The notes beneath the pieces were generated by a model. That model did not search any database. It was not told where the DNA came from and saw only the letters and a program-made list of their open reading frames with translations. The position numbers and the translations under genes were made by a program. From positions 1 to 60,392 of the forward strand of contig JBNGIO010006095.1 in the NCBI GenBank assembly GCA_049999805.1: DNA of 60,392 bases, read 5' to 3'. Each line of letters starts with the position of its first letter. Position 1 is the stretch's first letter. This document shows, piece after piece, positions 9,926 through 20,577 of the stretch. Source of the DNA: Folioceros fuciformis (lineage: Eukaryota).

Positions 9926-12034
9926 TTGTTGCATCCGTATGAGGGGCTGGAGGCCATGGCTGTCTGTAGCTTTGCAATTCAATCATGCCAACGTGACCCG
10001 TCGGGGCTGCATTCTCTCTGGACGCAACCAAGCGGTCCAGGAAGAGCTTCCGATGACCTGATTTCATGGCACAAGCCAATAGCAAATTACGAATCCGCGA
10101 GGTTCAGCACCTCTGCAGGAAGGCCAACTCGTGCAGCAGGGCGTCTGGCTGGACCTGGATCCAGCAGCTCGGAATTTTTGTATTCGCAGCTCGATCCTCT
10201 GCAGTCCTGTCATGACCCTGGCAGGCCTGCAGGATCCGTCACAGCTGAAACTGTGAGCAACCTTTGTCGGCAGGGGAAGCTCGCTGAGGGTGTTGATGCT
10301 CTGGGAGCTCTGGTACGCACCGAGATTCGTATCCCTAAATCCCTTTTTTACACCGTATTCAAGGAGTGTGTGGCTAAGAAGGACTTGTGTCTGTGTCGCC
10401 GTGTTCATGCTCTGGTGGTGGAGAGGGGGCATGAGTCGGACACGTTCTTGTGCAACCACATTCTGCGAATGTATGCTTCTCATGCCATGTTGCAAGAAGC
10501 TTTGGATGTGTTCGCTGTGGTTTCCAGACCCGATGCCTTCACGTGGTCCGCCATGATATCTGCGCTCGTTAAACATGGACAGGACAAGCAGGCCGTGCAA
10601 CTGTATCGTGGGATGCGCAGGTCGGGTGTGAAGCCAGATGGCCATGTGTTTGTAGCAGCCCTTCAGGCTTGTGCCAGGGGAGCAGACCTGGAATCTGGGC
10701 AGCAGGTGCATGCTGATATTATGGCTACTGGAGTTGAGCCTGACTTGTTTGTCTGTAGTGGCTTGGTGGATATGTATGCAAAGTGTGGCAGCTTGGAAGA
10801 GGCTCAAACAGTCTTCGACGGGTTTCCCAACAGAGATGTGGTGACATGGAATGCCATGATAGCAGGGTATGCCCAGAAGGGCATGGGGCTGGAGTGCCTT
10901 CGTTTGTATGGGCGTATGCAAGAAGAAGGTACAACTGCACCCAGTTCTGTGACATTCGTGTGCCTTCTGCAGGCATGCGCAAGTTTGGGGAATCAAGTGT
11001 TGGATCAGGGTAAGCAGCTTCACGCACATATTCGAGAACGAGGACTTGAAGCTGATGTAGTTGTCGGTGGGAGCCTGGTGAACATGTATGCAAAGTGTGG
11101 AAGCCTAGAGGATGCTCGTGGCGTGTTTGATGGACTTTGTCAAAAAAATGTGGTGACGTGGAATACCATGATAGCACGTTATTCCCAGCAGAACATGGGG
11201 CATGAAGCCCTAGGTCTCTACAGGGCTATGCAACACGAAGGCATTGTTGCCCTCGATTCTGTGACCTTTGTGTGCCTTCTTCGGGCATGTGAAAGTGTAG
11301 GAGCTCTGCAATTGGGACGTCAGCTGCATGGACAAATCAAACATTTAGGGCTGCAGGCTGACACCACTGTCGGCAACAGTTTGATAAACATGTATGCAAA
11401 GCTGGGGAGCATGGTCGACGCACAGCAGGTGTTTGATCTTTTGCCGGAAAGAAACATTCTCACCTGGAGTGCACTGATTGCAGGCTACGCCCGTCAAGGA
11501 GACAGTGGTGTGGTTTTCGACTTGCTTCTCAGAATGGGCAAGGCTGGCATACAACCAGACGGAGTTACTTTTCTTAGTGCTCTCACAGTATGCAGTCATA
11601 CGGGTCAGGTGACCCAGGGGCGACAGTACTTCGAGGCCATGACCAACAACTACGGTATAACTCCCACAGTGGATCACTACACATGCATGGTGGATCTCCT
11701 AGGTCGCGCAGGACGACTGGAGGAAGCACTAGGTTTTGTAAGGACAATGCCTGTAAGGCCTGATGCTGCAGTGTGGCGCACTCTCCTGGGTTCTTGTAGA
11801 AAATGGGCGGATGTGGAGGTGGGACGTCATGCTTTCGATGCAGCAGTGAAGCTAGACAAGCAAGATCCCTCAGCATATATCTTGATGTCGAACATATACA
11901 CTAGTGCTCAGATGTGGGAGCAGGCAGAGGAGGTGCAGGCAAGAAGAGTAGCCCTTGGGGCATGGAAGCAGCCGGGGCAGAGCTGGTGGACAGACATGGA
12001 CGGATCAGTACATAGCTTTTTCAGCTGGGGATAA
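9926..12034 (+). CDS. PLS-PPR-E1/E2 protein with a WW-type PG box, truncated before the deaminase domain
   Basis: 702-aa ORF of PLS motifs and E motifs (HYTCMVDLLGRAG, WRTLLGSCR), ending KQPGQSWWTDMDGSVHSFFSWG*. The true start is uncertain because the ORF begins at TTG. Confidence 0.88.
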   Translation: MLHPYEGLEAMAVCSFAIQSCQRDPSGLHSLWTQPSGPGRASDDLISWHKPIANYESARFSTSAGRPTRAAGRLAGPGSSSSEFLYSQLDPLQSCHDPGRPAGSVTAETVSNLCRQGKLAEGVDALGALVRTEIRIPKSLFYTVFKECVAKKDLCLCRRVHALVVERGHESDTFLCNHILRMYASHAMLQEALDVFAVVSRPDAFTWSAMISALVKHGQDKQAVQLYRGMRRSGVKPDGHVFVAALQACARGADLESGQQVHADIMATGVEPDLFVCSGLVDMYAKCGSLEEAQTVFDGFPNRDVVTWNAMIAGYAQKGMGLECLRLYGRMQEEGTTAPSSVTFVCLLQACASLGNQVLDQGKQLHAHIRERGLEADVVVGGSLVNMYAKCGSLEDARGVFDGLCQKNVVTWNTMIARYSQQNMGHEALGLYRAMQHEGIVALDSVTFVCLLRACESVGALQLGRQLHGQIKHLGLQADTTVGNSLINMYAKLGSMVDAQQVFDLLPERNILTWSALIAGYARQGDSGVVFDLLLRMGKAGIQPDGVTFLSALTVCSHTGQVTQGRQYFEAMTNNYGITPTVDHYTCMVDLLGRAGRLEEALGFVRTMPVRPDAAVWRTLLGSCRKWADVEVGRHAFDAAVKLDKQDPSAYILMSNIYTSAQMWEQAEEVQARRVALGAWKQPGQSWWTDMDGSVHSFFSWG

Positions 12035-12859
12035 CGAACATCCAGCAAGGCGGGGACACCTCGTTTCAACATTCGATCTCTGATCCGGGTTCTTCCACAC
12101 TGTGTGCTCACCGATATCAAGATCCTAGGGCGGGCCCAATTGTTCCTGATGATATGCAGGTTCGTCCTCATGTGCATCGCAATCAGCATCAACGTTTTAA
12201 TTATCAAGCCTAGGATCGCAAGGCACGTAATACTGGGAGTGATGATGAGGGAAAGCTTGTGACAACTGGAGGCAAGAGGGAAGCTGTGGCTGTGTCGGGA
12301 GGGCATGCATTTTGGGGGTAGGTGAGGAAAATCATGGCTCCTCTTCACTCGCATTTCCAGTAGACTCTGGCGGAGAGAATCTCGTCACCGGAATTGTGCA
12401 ACGGTTACGTTACCCTGCATGGAAACATGCATGGTGGAAGATTACCTTAGCATCACATGTTTGCTTGCCGTGGTAACCTTGTGGCTATAGGTCACAATGG
12501 CAAGAAACCATGTGTGCTAACCTAGGTTACCATGCACGGTGGAAGGTTATCTTGACAAGAAAACATGTGATGCAACAAACGTGCCCTCTTGGGAAACCTG
12601 AAGGAGTTTGGGCTTTCGGATGGACGTGTCATGTGGTGTTCCGTGCCAGGAGAGTTGTGACTGCATTTTGGCTGACGAAAGAAGGGTTTCTATACACCGG
12701 AAACCGTATGCGGGCGTACGACTGTACTGTAAGTGCCGCAGGTGAGGAATCTTCAATGAAGGCCTACCCGTGACCTTAGTTTTTTATCAGGAATTTCTGA
12801 CAGCTTTGATTGTTCCATGGTTGGCTAATGGAGAAGGGAAATCTGGCAGAACAGTTGGT

Positions 12860-13478
12860 TGTGACGTGGTGCAGAGTGGCTTTCCTCCCGAGTTGTGTCT
12901 TGGCACCAACCTGGTGGACATGTGTGCAAAATGTGTTGAACTGAAAGATGCACGACAGGGTTTTGACAGCATGGCCACAAAGAATATCACTGTGATGTGG
13001 AACGCCCTGATAGCTGGGTCTGAAAATTGTGGTCAACTGAGAGATTGCCGCCAGGCTGTTGACAGCAAGGACCAAAAGGCTTTGGTGACATGGAATACTC
13101 CCTGATTGCTGGCTACGCACAATGAGGACTCGACCCCAAGAGGCCCTTATTCTGTGCGTATGGGCAAAATCAGCGAGAAGGCGAGGTGTGGCCAACCCTG
13201 ATACTTTTATTTGCCCTCTGAATGCCTGTGCAAGCAGCGAGACCTTACAGGGGGACAGGCAGCTGCACTCGAAGATTGTGGATGGAGGGCTGCTGGATCC
13301 TGTCGTGGTGGTCAACAGCCTGATGGACATGTATGCAAAAGCTGGTGAATTGGAAGGTGCACTGGGGTTTTGTAAGCTTGGCCACAGAGAATGTAGTGAC
13401 ATGGACAACCCTGATTACAGGGTATTTACCAACAAGGACGTGAGGCATTTGTTTTGCATGGCAGGAGGGCTGCTTTAG
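12860..13478 (+). pseudogene. Degenerate PLS-PPR fragment
   Basis: Fragments LGTNLVDMCAKCVELKDARQGFD, TFICPLNAC and NSLMDMYAKAGEL are interrupted by stops and frameshifts. Confidence 0.8.
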
Positions 13479-14112
13479 GCTAAGCATGTTACTTCTGGTT
13501 ATACCGTGTTAAAAGGGGACTGGAAGATACGACAGCTGGTAGGCAACAGAACTCTCAGAGCATGAACTTGTAACGGAAATGGTACTTCATCTTCGGCTTG
13601 TTGGAAAGGTTTTGCACCCCACTTGAGGATTTGACGATTCATGCCTGGAAGTGTGGTGAAGTGAGTTTGCGGAGTATAGGAATGGACAACACCTCCCTAG
13701 ATCTTGGGAGGCGGGACAATAAGAAGTGGAATTGGGAATCGATTTCATGGAGACGAAAGCTAGAAACGTCAGTCCAGAAAATCCAAACACGGAAGACGCC
13801 ATATACCTTGGATGATGACGCAGACGTTTCAATTTATGTTTTAATATTTTTTTGAATGAAAAGTCTATGCTAAGTGATATCATGTCGAAGTTTCAAGTAG
13901 TAACTTACAACCTTGCTCTCCAAATTGCACCGCTGGTTTGTAGTCTAGTGGAGTGGAGCTTATTGAAATACTAGAGAGCCATACGTAGGTGATCCACTTA
14001 AACAACTAAAAAATTTATGAAATATAAGCAACTAAGCATAATGCTTTTCTCTAGGGATGGAAGTGAAAGCAAGTTCGAGACACCCATGTGTGGTTACGTA
14101 ATAAAGCACACT

Positions 14113-14990
14113 TTGGGTTCACACTCTAAACATTGGGTTCACATTGTAGACCACACTTGGGTTCACACTCTAAACATTGGGTTCACATTGTAGACCAAAT
14201 GTTTCTCCGTGAGTACCATGTGGATTCAATGACACCAATAAGGAGCAATATAGATCCAGTGGATTCAAAGACCCAGCGGATTCAATACCACCAACAAGGA
14301 GCAATATGGCCCCAACGTGGATTCAACGCCATCAACAAGGGGCAATATGAACCCAATGTATGATATTCAACACTACCAACAAGGAGCGATATGGACCCAA
14401 TGTATAGTGACGCGCAGTGTGAACTCAAAAGTAATAGTATGGATCCAATGTATGTTATTAGCAAGGCATAGTGTGGACCAAATGGCAAGCAAGTAGTGTG
14501 GACTGCATGCTTCTAGCAAGGTGTAGTGTGGATTGAATGATTCTAGCAAGACACAATGCGGATTCAATGATTCTAGCAAAGCATAGCATAGTACTAGTGT
14601 GGATTGAATATTCTAGCAAGGTGTCATTCAGACTCAATGGCGTGTGGACCCAATGGCAAGCGAGTAGTGTGGATTGAATGATTCTAGCAAGGTGTCGTTC
14701 AGACTCAATGGCGGAGTGTGGACCCAATGGCAAGCGAGTACTGTGGATCCAATGATTCTAGCAAGCGAATATTGTGGATCCAATGATTCTAGCAAGCGAA
14801 TATTGTGGATCAACTGATTCTAGCAATCGAGTAGTGTGGATCCAATGATTCCAACAAGCGAATATTGTGGATCACTGAACTGATTCTAGCAAGCGAGTAG
14901 TGTGGATCCAATGATTCCAGCAAGCGAATATTGTGGATCACTGAACTATTTCTAGCAAGTGAGTAGTGTGGATCCAATGATTCTAGCGGG
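14113..14990. repeat. Minisatellite island: 44-bp dimer, then a degenerate-to-homogeneous ~31-bp array (gtggatccaatgattctagcaagcgaatatt)
   Basis: The 44-bp unit starts at 14113 and 14157. About 8 well-conserved 31/35-bp units span 14743-14988, with more diverged gtgga(t/c) units from ~14220. Confidence 0.9.
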
Positions 14991-15359
14991 GCCTAGTCTC
15001 TACTCAATGCTTTTGACAGGGACCCAACTTATAATGCCTGGTAAGAGATAATGTGGACGCAACTCATATCTCTAGCAAGGCGCAACATGGATGCAACCCA
15101 ACCTTTGTCATTTGCAACGTTATAGCGAGAACGTACTGTTATTGGTAAATTTAAAGTGTATGTATGTGGATCCAATGTTACCTACAAGTCAAGATGTGGA
15201 CTTAAACGTTATCTACAAGCGGTGGTGAGGGCAAAATGTTAAGGGCAAGGTCTAAACCTAGATTGCATGGAGTCCAACCCAATGTTACTAGCAAGTCCTA
15301 GACTATGTGGACCCGATGTTGCTGGCAAGATGGAAACATTGGACGTAGTCTGTAATTGT

Positions 15360-15498
15360 TGCAACAATGGGTAGCACATAAACTGCAACAATGGGTAGCA
15401 CATAAACTGCAACAATGGGTAGCACAGAAATTGCAACAATGGGTAGCAGATAGTTGGTTATGTGGCCAGGGGTAGCAGATAGTTGGTTATGTGGCCAG
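15360..15498. repeat. 24-bp tandem repeat (x~4) merging into a 29-bp duplication
   Basis: tgcaacaatgggtagcacataaac units start at 15360, 15384, 15408 and 15432. gggtagcagatagttggttatgtggccag starts at 15441 and 15470. Confidence 0.92.
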
Positions 15499-16540
15499 AT
15501 GATGGTGTTGGTCAACAGAAAACTAATCTAACGTGTAAGAATGAAACATGACCGAGCTTTGTCACCAAACCTCTCATATCACAGCAGCGAGGACTCCTAT
15601 CTAGGTTTCACGGATCTGGAGCCCTGAGGTGTACATGCAGGATACGAATCGACAGGCTGTGGGATCACTCGCCTTCACCTGGACCGCCTGCTTTTGCTGG
15701 TGCTGGTGCTGGCAGCTGGTCATCTTCAAACTGGCCCCCATCCGACTCATCTTCTTCGAGGCCGCATCTTCTGTGATCACTGACTGCTCGGTCACGGGAT
15801 TTCCGGCCCTGCCAGCAGGACTCATGCCTGTCGTACCACCGCGCCTCCTCGCCAGCCATCTCCGTGCTCGATCTGTACGTGTACCAAGACTCCTCGCAGG
15901 AGATCAGCACCCTTTATCGCAGCAACGGAGCCCCTTGTGCTGATCTCTTCCGAGGACTCCACACGCATCACTAACGAGCAAGACAGCAATAAAAAAATAT
16001 GTATCCCAGGTCAGGGTCTCGCCCGTGTGATATTATCATATTGGCCCAAACTGCAATCTCGTCGTCGGAAAGGAACTGGTGATGACTCCAGGGAAACGAT
16101 CTAACCACGCCTGTTTGTATGTTTTGGTTTGGGATAGCGGTGCTGCACAAACCAACGACCCGAAAGCTCCTTCATCTGCGGCGTCAGCACGCACAACAAA
16201 GTTGTCGCAAACCGCTCCGAAATCTCAGCCTCGGATTCCCTGAGCAAAGGAACGACGTTTGTTGGACCTGGTGTGGCACTGGAGCTACGTACAGAAGCAA
16301 TCATCAAGATGGTGTGATGCCGGGCCATGTCGCTTAATACATAAGAGGTACTGTTATCAGATTCACTGCTGGCAGTGATATCGCCTAATACATAGTAGAC
16401 CATGTGATCAAAATTCACAAAAGCTAGAACCCCTGCCAGAAACTAGTCTCTACTTGTAACAAGTAGCTGTAGCTAGAGCCAAACGGATCCTTGGCGCGAT
16501 TAGTAATACCTGGGACATCACAACTTCAACTTCTGATAAC

Positions 16541-17392
16541 TCACTTAAACCTTTCAGCATCTATCAGGGACACCAACTCCTCGTACTTCGCACCGGCAAT
16601 GAAGTTCAAGACAACCTTTCCGCGCTTGAAAAACCTGAAAGTAGGCACCACCTGCAACCGCACTTCCCTAGCCAATTCCTGGAACAAACACCGAAAAGCT
16701 TAAGAAGCAGGCATGACTGAGGCCACAGCAATCACCAGTGCTCACTCCGATCCTCACTTGCATGGACCAGCAGTATACAGGCTCTCTACGTGTACGACGG
16801 GTGCGAACGTTACCACATTCCGATCTCTCGTGCAGTCCATCTTGAGGAACATCACATCTGTGTACTTCCGGGAAAGCTCCTCAAACTTGCCGGATATGGA
16901 CTCGCACGGCGGGCACCTGGAAAGGAAGGGTTCAAACAGTACGTCATTCTGCAAACAAGCACTGCTCAGTCAAGTGAGTCAGGTCAGGGGGAGAGAAGAG
17001 CGGGGAAAGCATTGCCATCGCCAAGGCGATGACGGCTCCCTCACGTACCTCTGGGTGTACATCTCCAGAACCACCAACTTGTCTCCAGCGCCATGGACGA
17101 CCTCCCAGAAGGCGTCCTGGTCTACGGCAGTGACTCCTCCGGCTGGCGCCCCCTCAGCGGAGTGATGCTGATTATGAGAAAACGGTGATGCACAAAGAGG
17201 CTTGCGAGCAAGAACTAACCAAGGCGTACGCCCCTGCGGCGAGACCGCCAGGCTGCGGCCAGCATGCCCAAGGTTACGCGTCGGAAGCGCCGTCGCAGGC
17301 GACAAGCACTGCACAGGGGGGAGCTGTCGCAACAGCCCGCTCCGCTGCGGCTGAGCCTGGAGGCTCGAAGACGGGAGCGATCGTGGCCCCAT
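16541..17392 (-). CDS. Thioredoxin, f-type-like, spliced, with an RCPPC active site
   Basis: Exons ...-17049 (FWEVVHGAGDKLVVLEMYTQ), 16916-16814 (RCPPCESISGKFEELSRKYTDVMFLKMDC) and 16678-16541 (LAREVRLQVVPTFRFFK...GAKYEEL) join in phase through GT-AG introns. The 5' exon and start are uncertain. Confidence 0.8.
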
Positions 17393-17766
17393 TGGAAACC
17401 GTCGAGCGGGCTGTGGCACCTCGGCTCGTCTTAAAACTCTCGCCGCGCTCCAGGACTGCGCGTACTCTGGCGTCTGGTTTTGCTCGCTGAGGCGACTCAA
17501 TCCAGCTCAGCCGGTCGTGAAGTTGGCTAAGAAGACTTAGTCTGCTCGATAACTCGCTTCTTGTGTCTCATTATTATGTCGACGTTCGAGGTAATGGGCG
17601 CATCATGTACAAAACCTTAGTCCAATAAGACGCCTCCACATCACGAGGAGAGGTAATCCAACGTTCGCTCCATTAGCCTTATGCCCAAGTTTTTTGGGAA
17701 GGCCCCAGTGTATGCTACTTGATCCACAGACACGCTGCCTAAAGTTGTTTTGCAACAGGGCAGCAA

Positions 17767-19894
17767 TCACAGCAGGCCTGCGATTGCAATGTTCCGATTG
17801 ATTCTATCCAGATTTGTGTATATTTCTTTCCTTTCAGGATGCTCTTTGTCTTCGACGAGGAAGGTGTGGACCCGGCTGTCAAGTTCCATCCATGTGCGTC
17901 CAGGTTCCTTTCTTGCACCCGCTTGCTGCATCATCATCCTTATGCTTGCCTTGTCGTCCAGCCTGCCAGCAGCACCATAGATGTCTCCCATGATGACATA
18001 TGATGCAGCCATGGTTGGGTCTAGCTTTAAGATGGCCTCAAATGAGAGTTTTCCCATGTCCAAGTTTCTGTGGATTCGACTTGCTCCCAGCAAAGACATC
18101 CACAGACTGCTGTCCGCCTGCACAGGCAGACTGGTGATGAAGTCGTGAGCTTCGCCTAGGCGACCTGACCGGCCTAACATGTCGATCATGCATAAATAGT
18201 GGTCCATGCCAGCCGCCACACCGTATTGCTCATACATCGCCTGAAAGAGGCGGGTTCCTTCCTCTAACTGGCCACTGTGACTGCAGGCAGAGAGTAAACA
18301 GACGAATGTGACCTTGTTGGGATGTACGCCCTCCCTCCGCATTTGATAGAATAGCTCAAGGGCCATCTCACCATCTCCATACTGGGCATATCCACCCATC
18401 ATCGCATTCCAAGACACCACATCCTTCTCTGCAAGTCCTTGGAACACGGTTCTTGCATCTTCCAGACTCCCACATTTTCCATACATGTCAATCAGAGTGT
18501 TGCCCACGGACACATCTGTGCCAAGGCCAGTCTCCACGGCATGTGCATGAAGCTGTCGACCCTGCTTCAGAGCAGCTATGGCGGAACATGCTTTGAGGAT
18601 GCTCAGCATCGTCACCTTGTCGGGACGCATTCCCTCTGATTGCATCTGCTGGAAAAGCCGTAATGCTTCATTGCCATCTCCATGCTGTGCATATCCTGCA
18701 AGCATGGCAGTCCATACCACCCTGTCACGTTTTGGCATTCTATCAAACACCCTGCGTGCATCACACAAGCTCCCGCACTTGACATACATATCAATGACTG
18801 CACTTCCGATGTACAAGTCACAGTCGTAGCCAATTTCCACGATGCGAGCATGTATTACCCTGCCTTCGTCAAGTGCTGCCACACTAGAGCATGCTTTCAG
18901 AATGTTGGAAAGGGTAACCTTGTCTGGCTGTCTTCCGTCTTCCAGCATCTTCCAAAACAGCTGAAGTGCCTCTTGCCCGTCCCCGTGCTCAGAATATCCA
19001 GCAATCATTGAAGTCCATGAGATCAGATCTTTAGTCGACAAGGAATCAAAAACCTGGCGAGCGTGATCCAGTCGCCCACACTTGGCATACATGTTTACGA
19101 GGGTGTTGCCGACAAATATGTTGGACCCGCACCCCACTTCCATCACATGGGCATGCACGATTCTCCCCACTCCCAGAGCCCCAGAGCTTGCACATGCCTT
19201 GAGCACGGCAACAAACAAAACATTGTCTGGGTGCAATCCACTCTGTTTCATCGATTGGTACAGCTGCAATGCTTCATCCGCTCGCCCATGTTGGACGTGC
19301 GCAGATATCATTGACGCCCAAACAAACACATTCGGAGCATGCAGTCTGCTGAACACTTCCTCAGCTTCCGCCAAACTCCCGCAAGCAGCATACATCCGGA
19401 TGAGGTGATTTCCAACAAACGCGTTGGACTGACATCCACTTCTGATGATAACGGAGTGAACTCGTCTGCCCACATCCAAATCTTTGTTTTCAATGCACCT
19501 TTGCAGGAGACTGTACAGGATGTTTGTCGAAAGACGAATGCCTTGCTGTTGCAAAGCTTCCACAGCCTGGAATTCATGTTCGAGCTGTAGCCCATCGTGG
19601 TCCCTTGTGTGCAACTTTCCAACTCCACAACTGTCATCCCGTCCCAATCTGCAACATTGCATGCAGAAGGTGGGGCCCTGGTCAGTATATGACCACACAG
19701 GAAGATGCACATCCAGGAAGGTAAGGAAGAGGAGTTACTTGCCTCAAACCAATTGCTCCTTGGGAAACCCCTGATGCTGCCCTTTGCTGACCACTAACTG
19801 CTTTTCTGCCATTCCATAGCAACCCCTTTGCTCTGTGTTGGAAAAGGTTGAAGAGTTCTGATGCTGCCTGTACGTGATGTATCCACAGGGTCAA
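17767..19894 (-). CDS. PLS-PPR-E+ protein (PG box, no DYW deaminase)
   Basis: Long ORF of PLS and E motifs ending KEPGRTWMELDSRVHTFLVEDKEHPERKEIY...*. An in-phase GC-AG intron spans 19742-19649. The start lies further upstream and is uncertain. Confidence 0.92.
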
Positions 19895-20577
19895 TTCAAA
19901 CTAGCAAGAGGGCAGATGGCCAGCTTGCACAGTTTTGCATAACCAAGGACCGGGGAACGAAGTACCACCATATAGCTCCCGCAAACATCGCCTGCCTAGA
20001 CTTGCGTCCGGCAGGTTTCGGGGCTGTTTCGCTGCAGCTCATGGTTGCTCTGATGGCACCCCACTTCTGGGTCGCAGGGATCGTTTAAACAGCCTTCTTG
20101 GCTGCAATTTTTTAGGGCCCATCGACAGGGCATTCGGTGAAAGCAAGCCCGGAGAACGGATGCATGCCGCAGAACAGATGAGAATACCTAGTGCTCGTCA
20201 CGAGAAAATTACCCTGCTGTCTCTGAAGGGGAGGAGAGTCAACCCCAACCCACGTCTGTCCACCCCGCAAAAATCTGCACTGAAGGCCCCAGAGCTTGAA
20301 AACACAAGGCGTGAGAGTCGCTTAGGCACAGTAGGCTTCTTTTGCAGGGCTTACGATTGTGCAGGCGATACAGTGTTGCAATCCAATCTGCAGGACTCAG
20401 GGTATCTGACCGATGCTGGGCATTCCAGGTCGAACGCGGTACAGTCTGCTTGGCTTTTCACCAATTCAGGATTTGCCATGAATTTCAGTCGTGCGAAAGC
20501 TCCAGCAGGACATTGAGGCATGGTTTGTGGCAGTTGACCGTTGCTGATCACCACAGAGAACCTTCAAGTATCTGGAC

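Noticed and set aside
10064-11029. 321-aa minus-strand ORF and many similar ones opposite PPR genes
   Set aside because: They are antisense shadows of repetitive PPR codons.
14220-14990. CRISPR-like ~31-bp repeat array
   Set aside because: The units are head-to-tail with no unique spacers, there are no cas genes, and the context is eukaryotic.
15601-16418. Short ORFs downstream of the thioredoxin gene
   Set aside because: No recognisable family or consistent splice model; they cannot be supported without RNA data.
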